A DNA stretch of 56,437 nt. Source: Armatimonadota bacterium (lineage in GTDB: Bacteria > Vulcanimicrobiota > JACPDS01 > JBDRKI01). The first letter of the stretch is position 1, and the number at the start of each line of letters is the position of its first letter. The stretch is from contig JBDRKI010000032.1 of the NCBI GenBank assembly GCA_043814095.1, positions 1 to 56,437 on the forward strand, read 5' to 3'. This document shows, in pieces, positions 39,278 to 51,800 of the stretch. Made by a program: the position numbers and the translations under genes. The notes beneath the pieces are model-generated. The model was not told the DNA's origin. It did no database searches and worked only from the letters and a program-made list of their open reading frames with translations.

Positions 39278-39748
39278 TTAATCCACCTCTTTGCCGTAAA
39301 GGTTGCGCAGTGCTTCAACATCTGCTTTATCCCGGAGCCTTACAGTATCTTTTTTCATATCTATTAGAGTTTTTACCGTGGCTACTTTGATTTTAATTCC
39401 TTCTATATCAATTGTTTCAACCTCAAGATCATTAAATGTTACTGCTTCTCCCAGTTTTGTAAGTATATCTACGGAAATCGAATCATCCGGTGGCCCGTAT
39501 CTTAAAGCTGGATAATCTCCAAGTAGATCTGTTTCAGAGATTTCTTCTATGGAGCTGTCATCCCATACGGATTTTAAGGCTTTTTTCGTTTTAACTATAT
39601 TATCCGCGGTAGGTTTTATAAAAATATCAATATATTCCGTTGCCCTGACAACGCCGTGCAGTAATAATGCGATGCCGCCGACAATTATGTAATCAACATT
39701 ATTGTTATTTAGTTGATGTATTAATTCAAGTGATTTAGTTAAGTTCAT
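39278..39748 (-). CDS. Nucleotidyltransferase-fold protein (DUF6036/AbiEii-like)
   Basis: YIIVGG.A..LHG..RAT..ID, K....R..D..D; first catalytic Asp position reads Y (TEYID). Confidence 0.8.
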   Translation of the reverse strand: MNLTKSLELIHQLNNNNVDYIIVGGIALLLHGVVRATEYIDIFIKPTADNIVKTKKALKSVWDDSSIEEISETDLLGDYPALRYGPPDDSISVDILTKLGEAVTFNDLEVETIDIEGIKIKVATVKTLIDMKKDTVRLRDKADVEALRNLYGKEVD

Positions 39749-39834
39749 GATAATAATTTAATATAAAAATGCCTTTAATGCAAGAATAATTGTACTTTTT
39801 ATATTTTTACCGTAATTTTTAAAGATTTGATTTC

Positions 39835-42800
39835 TCAATTCAGCTTATTATAAATTCCAAGCAGGATTTCCCGGATTTTCGGACCGATTTTTTTGGGCAA
39901 TCCTGTCATCAATGCCTTGAGCTCCTGTTCATCTAAGGGTTTTCCGGGATCATAATGCGCTAAAAATCCTCCCATATAAGAAGCAAAAAACTCATGAAAG
40001 AATGTCTGATTATTCCTTATTTTCCCGGGGAGTTTGGAAGTTAGAAGATTTATATCATCTTCTAATAATTCTTCAAAATAGCGTAAGATAAAGTGGGATA
40101 TTTCATGGAAAAGCTGATTTTTCGGTCCCTTTTCATCAAGCGCGCTTTCAAATATCCCGCCCTTTTTATAATTACAGCATACGATTTTCAAATCATCCCG
40201 GTAAACTCCTAATGCTTTTGCAGCTCCTAAAATAGCGCCTTTTTCATTTGTCTTAAGTCTATCAGCAACTATAATTAAGATCCCTTCTTTTTTCATTCCT
40301 TCTGTCACTTTAGCAGGCAGCATTTTAAGATCATTTATTATTTCCATCCTATCCCGGTATGAAACAGTACCCATTATCATATTATTAAGCTCTTTTTCTT
40401 CGGGAGAAAGATTTTTATATAACGGAGCTGTTATTTTCATATATTCTTTATGCCGTTCTCTCAGCTCTTTCTTTATATCAGGGCTGAATGAATTATATTC
40501 ACCAATAAGCTTGTTAACCTTATCAAGATTTTCTTCTCCAAGAATTGAAAAGATTTCCTCATTTAAATAAGCGGCTCCCTTTTTAAACTTGATAATAGGG
40601 GAGATCCTCATTATTTCTTCATCTTCAAGGCTTATATTTTTTTCTTTAAAGATACGGCTTAATTCACGTTTTAGCGCTTTAGCAGTATCATGTTGTCTGC
40701 AAAATCTGGTGATAATTTCTGTTCTAAAGTCTTCAGTAAACCATTCTGCTGTCTTCTCATAAGCAGCTTCGGGGTTTTCTTTAGATGCTTTTTCAAGAAT
40801 ATATTCTATTGAATCCTCTGCTTTCATGCGTACAGATTTGTTTGGATCATCTAAAACTTCTACAAGGTTGGGGATTAGATCTATTGCCGCGGCACCGAAA
40901 CCTCCTAACTCTTGGGCTGCGCTTGTACGCACGGTATCATGAGGATCTTTCAATGCTTTTGCAAAAGCGCTCAGGGTCTCTTTTAATGCGACTCCTGTTC
41001 TTCTTAGACCCCACAGGGCTTTTCCGCGCACCATAGGGTCAGGGTCATTTATTGCCGCATTTACTAATGTCTCTATAGCCGCGGGAGCTATATCTTTGGG
41101 ATAAGGAGCAAAGTCATATAAGAAGCCTGATACGGCTCTACGGGTAAACACATCATTACTTCCCATTGCCGCTATAAGGCCGAAAAGTTCTTTTTCTTTG
41201 CATATAGTTTCTTTAGTTTTCTCATGCGGGAATAGTCTTGGGCTTACAGAAGCAAATACTTTGACTGTATCTTCTAAAGTCTTAAATTCTTCCAGAATCT
41301 TATGATAGACTGTCAGGTCTTCAGGACTTTTTGCCATCAAGGGCAGATCGGCTCTCTTTGTTTTAGCGGATATAGAAGCATCTTCAAATAGATGAGGGTT
41401 ATTATTATATGCACCCGGGGTTGTGATAATAAGGTCTGCTTCTTCTGCCATCTTACCGGTAAGCTTTATGGCAGAAGAGTTTGTGCCTTCTTCTGCTTTA
41501 ATTACGACAGGTACAGCATTTATATTATCCTGTATGTTACAGTTCAGCAGGTTTTTAAAGGCAGCTGCAGCAGTGGCAGACTCTGCCTGGTTATCTTCAG
41601 TTACAAACAATACCTTTATAGGGGGTGTTTCATGGTTAAAAAACGCGTGTAAATCTTCAATTACTTCTTTGGTAAATTCCGGTGAGAATTTTTCAGTTTT
41701 GCGTGGTTTATTCAGTATTGCCTCAAAAAATCTATCCGGGGTTCTTTTGCCTTCTTTTATCTCAAGAAGTATATTAGTTATTCCTTCAGTTATTAAGTAT
41801 TCTCTGCTTTTATCTCTAAAATTCTTATGCAGTTCACTTCTGCGGAGTAAATAAGCGGGTAAATCTTGTGCAACTTCTTCAGGGCTCATCTCTATTTCTA
41901 TGATTTTTTGAGCATGCGGCTTTATCTTATCTTTTAGAATAATATTATTTTTAGCATATGAATGAGCATCAGAAGTTATGAAAATAATATCAAAGTCATC
42001 AAGATTTTTATCTGCCAGCAGTTTGCCGTCAGATACTCCGGCAGAGTCTACTTCAAATTTTCCGGAGAACAGCTCTTTAAATGTTTTTTCGGCATCTATG
42101 CTTCTTGTCTGATTAGCATTGCATACAAAAAGTACTTTTTTAACAGGTTTGCCTTCTATAGCTTTTTCAAAGATGTATACCGTAGAATCTATAAAAAGCA
42201 GTTGGTCTAGCTTCCGTGATATTTCACTGAAAAACTCAATAAAATTATCCTTTAATAGGCAATCACCTTTGGTATTATCTATAAGTATAAAATCTCTTAA
42301 AGCTTCTGCGAAACAGCTAACGGAGGTATCGGATTTTAAGAGCCTGCTTATTTCGGAATCGGCTTTCATATATTCAGTAAGTCCGTATTCCTCCAGCATT
42401 TCTCCCGATAAAGCTCTAACTGCCGCGGGCTCAATTTTAGATTGTAACGTTGTTTTCCATAGTTTTTCATAAAATTCTACAACCTTTTCCCACCCGTATT
42501 TTTCATTAACATTTTTAAATATCTGATAAAAAGATTTCCCCTTTACTCCTTCTATACCGGTAGCTTTCATTGAGGTTTTTATTGCAGTTGTCATTGTAGC
42601 TTTATTTGCTGGTTCCCCGTTCATGGGGGTAGTAGGCCTGGAGAATCCTTTGGCATCATTTGGTCTTCCCTCACCGTTGAATAATTTACTGACCGGGTCA
42701 GTGCCGGGTTTTGATGTAGGAGATGTATGGCCCTGTCTTGGTGCAGGCGGCTGGGGTTTTCCTTGTTCCCGCCATATAGCGTCGAAATTTTGCATAAGAT

Positions 42801-45800
42801 CAAAGAGTTTTTTATCCAGGCTTTTCAATTGTGCGGGATCTGAATAATAGAGTGTAAAAAGATCTGCAAAGAATTCATTTAAAGGTCTATCTTCAGAAAG
42901 AGCATCTATTTCTTTTGTTATGAATCCCTTGAAAGGTTTTCCGTTTATTTCGGCCTCTAGATATATTAAATAGCCAAGGTAATATTTATGTTTTGTAATT
43001 TTTACTTTATATCCTTCATCCAATTCTAAAAACAGTTCTTTGCCGTAAAGTGTACTTAAGGCATCATCATCTTCTAGATATTCAAACATTGTTGTATATA
43101 TAATAGATGACATTTCCAGTTTTGGAGCGATCATATCTTTAAAATCAGCAAACCAGCTTTTTATATAAGGTTTTTCCATTAATAATTTAAATACAGTATG
43201 AGCAATTTCGTGTAAAGTTGTACTTTGAGACTTATCACCGATATAAGCCTTATTATTTTTGGCAAAACCCGTAGTATGGCCTTTGAGTAAGTCTAAATTT
43301 TTCTGGATTTCCCGATCGGCAGGGTAGAAAATTATTTTAGAATTCCTTAAATTTAATTCACTGACAATTTTCGGAGGTAGTGGTTCTAATGCATTAATAA
43401 TAGCAGTTAAAGATGCGTCCTTAAGGATTTCCCCGTGTAACATATTTGTAATTTCTACAGGATATTGTCCTGCGTACTTTGTGGCGAATAATTTTCCATA
43501 GATGCCGCCCGATGTATGTTCTAATTCCTCAGCTTTTTTCTTAAATCTTTCAAAAACAGGTTCAAGTTTATTTAACTCTACATTAAAAACCATATTTACA
43601 GGACAAACATTCTGGTGGTAATGATATAATGCCTTATATATATTTATAACTTTCATTACCCCTTCGTATTCAAAGTTAAAAGCTTCTATAACATCATTAA
43701 AGTTTTTAGTTTTTAAATTTTCAAAATTTGAGATTGCAAGTTTTGCCGCAGATTCACATTCTTTTAACAGCTCTATAGTTATTTTGCTTACGGCAATCAT
43801 AAAAACATATTCTTCCGTATCGTATAGTTTTTCTTGTTCGTTTAATTCTAATATAAGGGCTTTTATTTTTTCTGTAGGATGTCCGAGTATTTCGAGTTTC
43901 TCTAAGAATTTGTTAAAATTACCGGCATAGTCTGCAGAAATACCCGGTTTATCTGTTTTTGCTTTTCTTAAAAGATCTGACCATGATTTTTCATTAAACT
44001 GTAATTCCGGGATTTCATATTGTCCCCAATCTTCCTCTGAATGAGAGAGAGCTTCTTTTTCGCCTATATAATTTTCTAAAATATACCCCTTTATATCTTC
44101 CTTAGTCTCAAGAGAATATTTATATACCATATGAGCTCTATATTTAATATCTGCAAAATTATTGCTTTGGAAAAGAATTAAAAGGTTGCTAGTAGAAGGA
44201 AATTTTATTGAAAAATCATTTTCTTTTGAGTTTTTCAGAAGTTGTTTCCATTCTTTTTGAATATTAATGTTTCTGAGAAGATTCGTCCATGGATAATCTT
44301 TACCCGCAATATCTCTGCCTCCGGGTGTGGGGCGGTTTGGTTTATCTGCTTTTGCTCCGGATACTCCCATTGTAGGATCGGAAGGTCTTGAAGTAGGAGA
44401 GATATGGTTGTGTAATGATGCAGGCTCTAATCTTCCTGTATCATTAGGTATCTCAATTACAAACCTTGCTCCATTTTTATATGAAGTATCTAAATATATT
44501 TCCCATCCGTAGTATGAGAGAAGCTCCCTTATTCTCCATAGCCCGTAGCCTGTGCCTCTTTCTCTGGTTGTAAATCCTTTTTCAAATATCTTTTCACTAT
44601 TCTCAGGAGGAACTCCGGGAGCGGTATCTTCTACAATTATCTTTCTTTTACCGGGTTCTGTTTCTGTTCTTAGGGTTATTGTATTATTTGAGCTTCTATC
44701 GGCCTCTTCTGAATTATCCAGTAAGTTTTTAAGCACAAACCTTAATAGTCTTGGGTTTGAGAAAACTTCAAAATTCCAGGGAATCTCGGTTTCAGTATTC
44801 ATATCATTATAGCAGTATCTTAAAAGTCTTCCGGAGAACTCTAAAAGAGGAATGCCTTCCCTTTCTTTAAGCATATCATCTTCTCTTATGGGAACAGATC
44901 TCTGCATATCTTCCATGGAGTAATGAATATAATCTAATCTATCCATTACCTCCGGGGAGATGTGTTCGCCTTCTTGAGACTTTATATCATTTACTATATC
45001 TATTATTTCCTGTGCTCTTTCAGGGAGGCTGTTAAGGAACAGGTCTATATCGGATTTTAAAACATTAGATTCATTCCCTATAATACCGTTGCCTAAGAAT
45101 ACCCTGCAATGTTCGTCACTGAAAGATTTTAATGCATCCTCTAGTCTTACTAAAAGGGGAGAACTGCGGGTTTGCTTAATTTCATATATGACGTCATAAA
45201 TGTGACGTAAATTAGGATTTAAAATATGGAATAGTTCTGCCTTTTCCGTGCTTGATATTCTTTCTTCAGGCGGTATATTATGGTAAATCTGTTTTGATAT
45301 AAGGTGGGTACCGGCTCTGCCATAAAACCTTTCAAACCTTTTTAGATTACCACTTTCCTCACAAGCTATGTGAGCTGCTTTTAAAAGCTCAGGCATAAGT
45401 TCTTCATCAATCTTTTTATCCAAAGCCTTTAGGGTTTCTTTCTGGTTCGGTGTCAGTCTGCTTTCCTTGCCGGCACTGAAAATTTGAGTGCTTGTGTTTA
45501 TAAGTTCTTCCCTGTATTTTAAGAGTTTATCTATATCGGTTGTTTGTGGTGTAGTTAATTTGCTGATCTTATGGGATAATGCTGTTATTTGAGGAGTTAA
45601 TGCATTTTCTATGGCAGGTGCGGGCTCTCTTTCATTTATTGATTGAGATAATTTAAAGTTTTCATAATTTGTACTTATGTAATATTCTTTCCAGTTCAGA
45701 TAATTATTGAATTTGAAGAAGCTGTCCTTCATATTCTGTATCATTTTTAACAGTCCGGCATCCTGTATGTTAAGGTTGTTGAAATCAATACTCTCAAATT

Positions 45801-48800
45801 CTGCCGCAGCTGCCCTTGCCTCTTTTATAAACTGTGAGAAGTCTTTACCAAAGGAATCATAAAAAGTTGATTTATCATAATTCCAGCAGTCCGTTATGGT
45901 AGTAAGTCTAGTATGCAAACTTTTTATCTCTGCAGATATGTTTTCTAAGGTTGATATTACATCCGGAGAAGAGAGGCCTGCTTCTTTAGGTTTTTTCTTA
46001 AGCTCTGTAAGGGATTCTAATATACATGGCATAAGTACGGTAATCCCGTCTTTCATAAACAGCAGTATACTGCCTTCGGTAGAAACACGCATAACAACGT
46101 TATTATGGGAAAGAGATGTGAGAAGTCTTGCTATATTCCTGTTGTTTTTAACCTCTTCGGGTAGAGGCTGGCTGAGTGCAATAATTTTCCTTCTAGTATT
46201 TTCTTCCAACTTTGTTAATCTCCTAAGGACATCATGGAAGTATTTATTAATAACTTCATCCTTAGCTGTTGATAACAGCAGGCTGCTTGCACTTATATCG
46301 GATATCTTGCAGGATTCGGTATAAAGTTTTGCCAGCTCTCCAAATATCTTTATAGAGTAAGTATGGTACATTATCATTTCGGTCTCTGTTAAACTCTGTT
46401 TCCTCCAGAGTCTATCCAGCCTTACAAACTCGCTTTTTATAGTTTTATCCAGGCATTTTGTTATAAAAGCGATATTGGATAATATTACTTCTCCGGGTTG
46501 AGTTGTAAATATTTCCAGTATAGAATTAAATTTTACAAAAGCGTTTGCAGAAGGATTTGAGATAAGCTCTGCTGTCTTTTCAGGGAGTGATACATTTACT
46601 ACAGGCTTTACTGTACTGGCAACCCTTCTTACATGGGCTTCCGGCAGCTCTATTATAAATTGTGCGCCTTTTCCGTAGGTGCCGTTTTCATATATCCTGC
46701 CACCTGCGGCTTCTACTCTTTCTTTGATGATGGGCAGGCCGATCCCGGTTGAAGCAGAAGATACACCTTCTTTCCAGATTGTTTCCTTGTTTATTTCAGA
46801 TACCTTACCGCTTCCATCAGGTTCTGCAGAAGGTATACCCGGGCCGTTATCGCCCAACATGATTCTTATCCAGCCGCGGGATTCTGTAACATGTATATAA
46901 ACACTGTATACTCTGTCTGTGTATTTTTTCTTATCTTCCGCAATCTGCCTGTTAAATGCATTCATTGCATTTTCTAAAAGGTTGTGGATTATAAAATTGT
47001 AGTTTTCCTGCTCTAAAAATTTCGGCATGTCCCTTGGAACAAGAACAGTAAAACTTACATAACTTTCATTTTTTAATGGTGCGGCTGCAAGCATACCGAC
47101 AGCACAGTGGGTTAAATAAAACGGAGAATCTTTTCTTGAAGATACATACCTGAGGATATTTTCGGAAAATTCGGCTATTGTTTTTTCTCTGGAACCCTCA
47201 GGCATCAAGCTTAAAATCTGAACAGCAGCTCTTCCGGGGTTATCAAGTAAGATATCAATTAATTCTTGAAAGATTTCGGGTTTAGAAATGATAGTTTCAG
47301 CATTTTTAAGTTCATTTTTTACCTTCTGCAGTAGATTATCAATTTCTACAATCCCGGAGATTAATTCATGCAAGTTTTCTGTTAGTTTTTGAGTTAGGTA
47401 AGGTTCTTCTAATTTTTCATACTTATAATTATTAATATCAAATAAAGATTCGCTTTTGGTAATAAGCTCTTTTGCTTTTTTAAGAATAACTTCAAGTTCG
47501 CTTTTAAGTGTTTCGGGGCCTTTCAGATATTTTATAGCAGTGTCTAAAATTGATACAAATCCCTTTTGAATTGCAGTTCTTATTTCGTGTGTCACTATAG
47601 AAAGTTTTCTGGATGCAGCACCGGAGATCTCTTTTTCCGGTTCTACAGGTGTAAGATCAATTTTAAACCTTGTACCTACACCCGGGGTGCTTTCTATAGA
47701 TACTCTTCCTCCGTAAGATTCTGCAATCTCCTTTATATGATGGAGCCCCTGGCCTGTTCCTCCTTCTGTTACGCCTTGAGTCCAGACAGATTTGGTATTA
47801 ATTGGAGGTATCTCGCCGTTAGCATCAGGTTCTGCAGAAGGTATACCCGGGCCGTTATCTTGTACCATAAGGTATTTTTCATTATCAGCATGGACATTTA
47901 TAGTGATGCAGTATGTTTTATCTTTGTATTTCTCAGGATCTTTTTCTATTTCCCTGTTAAAGGCATTTATGGCATTTTCAACAAAGTTTTGAACTGTAAA
48001 TTCAAAATCATCAGGCTTCATTAACCGGGGACAGTCTCTTTCAACATAAACACAGAATTTAACATGACTTCCGTTTTTTAATTTTGTAGCCTGGAATGTA
48101 CTGGCAACGGAGTTGGCAATATAAAAAGGACCATCCTGTCTGGAAGAAATATATGATTTAATATTTGCAGGAAGTCCTTCTTTGATCTTTTCAGCGGATG
48201 CTGAAGGTATAAGTGGTAGAACCTGAAGCATAGCTATTGCCGGTAGTCTGAGAGCAGTATCTATCTCTTTTCTAAGTTCATCTGTAAGATCTTTGCCTTC
48301 TCTTTCGTATTTAGCTTCTCTTAAGCCGCTTTCTATATCCTGCATCATATTATTAATCTCTATAATTTGTGAGGCAAAATAAGTTAAGAATCCTGTAAGT
48401 TTCTGTGTGAAATGCGGTTCTTGTGCATATATTCCCGTGAAGTTTTTATCAGTCAAAGTATCATCCAGTTCCTTATATAATAAACCCGATTTGGTTATAA
48501 TATTTCTTATGATTTGTTTTATTTCTTCATTGCCTGATATAAATCTAAAATATTTATGTAGATGACTAGCAATACCGACTAAAGGCGCTCTTAGGTGATG
48601 AGTTGTCCTGGAGAGCTGTTTTGTATTTGCTGTATCTTTAGCGGGCATAGCTGCGTCTTTACCCGCATCCATTGAAAGCACTGTTGTTTTTATTTCAGGC
48701 CTTACTTCCTGCGGTGCAGGCACGATACCCCCGCCTGCTACTGCAACAGCTGGTTTGGGCACAAACAGGTCTGCGGCTTTCTGGAGGAGGTTTCTTTTTC

Positions 48801-51800
48801 CTGTTCCGCCTGACGGGGGAGGAGGTCCTAAAGGATCATCGGGTCTATTAGGATTTATACCCGGCCAGTTTACTTTCAGTTCTTTAGGTTCTGTAAGTTC
48901 ATTTAAAAGATTATTTAGATGTCTTCTTCCCTGACCGTTTAATTTATTATTGTATAAATCTTCAAATAAAGATCTGAGAGTATCAAGTACATCTTTATCG
49001 GGTATCTTATAATGTATTTTTAATGCGTTATAATACTGTGAGCTTCTGCCTTCTGCCATGTAGTCATGCAAAAGATTATAGAAAACGGAGGAAGACTGTT
49101 CCAGTAATTCCGGGGGATTGTTAAGGTTTAAAGTCTTTCTAAGTATGTCTTTATAGTATTCCGTAAGTACGGCTGTTGTAACCTTAAATTTTATATCAGT
49201 AACTTCTTTTGTTTTTAAAGACATCTCGCCGACATCTACATTTAATAAAACTCCTTCGCAGGTTTTATAGTATTCTTTAAGAAATTCCGGAGTTATGTTC
49301 TGTTCGTCTTTATACGGGTTTAGGACAGCCCCTATTTTGTTTTTTGCGTCATTTAGGATGCTGTTTGTTAATACAGCCCTGTTTTCTTCTGACATAACAT
49401 CATTAGCTGCGTCTACGGCTTTAGGGGGAAGTATTTTCTTTAATTCTTCTCCGTAGTATTTAAGTAGTTCCTGGTAATATTCCACAACCTTTTGATTGGC
49501 GGGTTCTTTTTCCATTGTTCCGTATAGCTTATCGACCGTATCCATGAGCAGGCTGAAAGGTTCCATATGATCTTTTGTGCCCATCTCCAGGGGTTTCAAT
49601 TTTTCATACAGTTCAAGCCCTGTTTTATAATAAAATTCTCCTGCAAGTTCGTACTGTCTGTGTTTAAAAGCAAGGTCACCTGCTTTTATTTTTTCATGGA
49701 AGGTTTCAGCTTTAGCATAAATTTCTAAAAGATGCTCATGGCTAAGGGTTTTGAAAAGTGCACCTTTAACACGGTCTATAAATCCCGGGGTTACGGGGTA
49801 GGGGTCTTTTTCTCCCGGATAATCTTTACCCGCAATATCTCTGCCTCCGGGTGTGGGCCGGTCAGGTTTATCTGCACGTCCTCTGAACGGGCCTGTTGTA
49901 GGATCTGATGGTCTTGAAGACGGGGGAGTATGCCCCGGTCTTTCCGGGGATGTGTGGCGTACAGAAATTTCCATACGGCCCATCTCTTTATATAAACCCT
50001 GGAGGAGTTTTATCAGTTCTCTTACATCAGGAAGCAGATTCTGATTGTTTTGGAAGAATCTGTTCTCGATTATTTCTGATTCAGGTATCATCTCTGTTGC
50101 CAGAATATCACCCTGCTCCTGGCTCATCATAAAATCGGTAAAGCAGTCTGCAAAGAACATGCCTAAAAGTGTATTTTCAGGCATTCCCTGGTCAATGTAA
50201 GTTTTTAAATAGGGTTTGGAGTATATAAAGTTTCTTATGTTCTGGATCTTGTCATATAGTACTTCACTTTTGGAAGCGGAATAGAGTATTGCATAAGCTG
50301 TTGCATTAAATACATTTTCGGGAGTGAAATGTCTTGTATTATAATCAAGATTTTCTATCCCGAGAGATATTGTTCTGCTGTGCGCTTTGGTTTCAGCGGG
50401 TATTATCCCGGTTCTTTCCCCGAACCCTATATCTGTTATATACATCCAGCCCTTGCTTTTAAGGTATCTTATAAGGGGGCGGGGGAGCTGTTCAAGTATA
50501 TTTATAAGTTCTATACGCCAGTCTTTGCGGAAATTGCCAAAAAGCATCTGGTTTATCTCTTTCTGACGGTCGGTCAGAGTGTTCTGAAAGCCTTCTGAAT
50601 TTTTCAGGTATTCAGACTGCATAACGCGCAGGAGCTTTCTCATCTGCGGAGCTGTCCTGTTCAGCTCCGCAACAAGATTTATAATTTCGGCTCTGGCTTC
50701 TACTTCTAAAACATGTGTATCCCTTATTTCAAATCTGCCTGTTCCCTGATTAAAAGTTATAATCTCAAAAAAATCTACATTATTTCTGTCTAATAGTCTG
50801 TTAAGGGTGTTTTCCAAATCCTTAATATTCTCAGAGATCTGTCTTGCTTGAACAAATTCATCGGTTGTTAAGAACATAGAAGATTCGTAAAGGTTCTGCA
50901 GTTCATTAATATGGAATTCCAGCATATCCGGAGGTATATTTAAAGCTTTTGCTATTTTTGTCCGGGTTTCTGCATCTGAGGTAAGTATTTTATTAAGTAT
51001 ACTTACAGGATCTTTTACTTTGAATTTCTGTGCAAGTTTCTGCAGGCTCTTAGGATCAAAACCAAATGTTAATTTACTGAAATCACCAGAGCTGTAATTT
51101 TTACCGAGTTCCTTTAAAAAATTAATTTCCTGTCCTGTTAAAGAACCGCACTTGGCAAATGAGGACATAAGGTTTTTAAAACCTTCTAATTGCATTGCCG
51201 TGGGAACTTCCGGTACGGCAGGTGCTCCGCCTGCGGGTACGGGGCTGGGGACCCCGCCTATGGAACCCGCAATATTATTTATGCCTCTGGCTGCCTGTGC
51301 CGCTGCATCTTCAATAAATCCAGGATTGCCGCTGCCCGGGAACCAGCGTTTTATCCATCCTCTAATCCAGCTGCCCAAAGTTCTTTTGGGCGGTTTTGTT
51401 ATTCTGCCGCTGTCTTTTCTTTTCGGTTGGGATGGGGGATCGGTATCATCCGTTTTTCCGATTGCTTCTTTTATTTTAGATATTGTATCTTTTAATTTAG
51501 GATCTTCTGATATATCATCAGGTATCTGCTTAAGCAGTTTTGAAATCTCTTCGCATTCTTTTTGTTCAAGGTATGCTTTATTTGTAAGCAGGGCTATTCT
51601 GTCCGCAATATCTTTATAATATTTGTCTATTAAGGTATTGATATTTTGTACTATTTCGCTTTTTAATTTAAGGTCTTCTGTTTTTTGGAGAAGAGCGCGG
51701 AATTCTTTAAGTACCGCATTGCATTTAAAAATATATCTGTTAATGGTCTTAAATGATATATCTTTTATATCCATTAGTTTGTTTAAGGTTTCAAAGCTTT

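Noticed and set aside
44291-49932. Repeat pair as DGR template/variable repeats
   Set aside because: Differences are not confined to adenines, both copies are coding linkers, and no DGR reverse transcriptase is adjacent.
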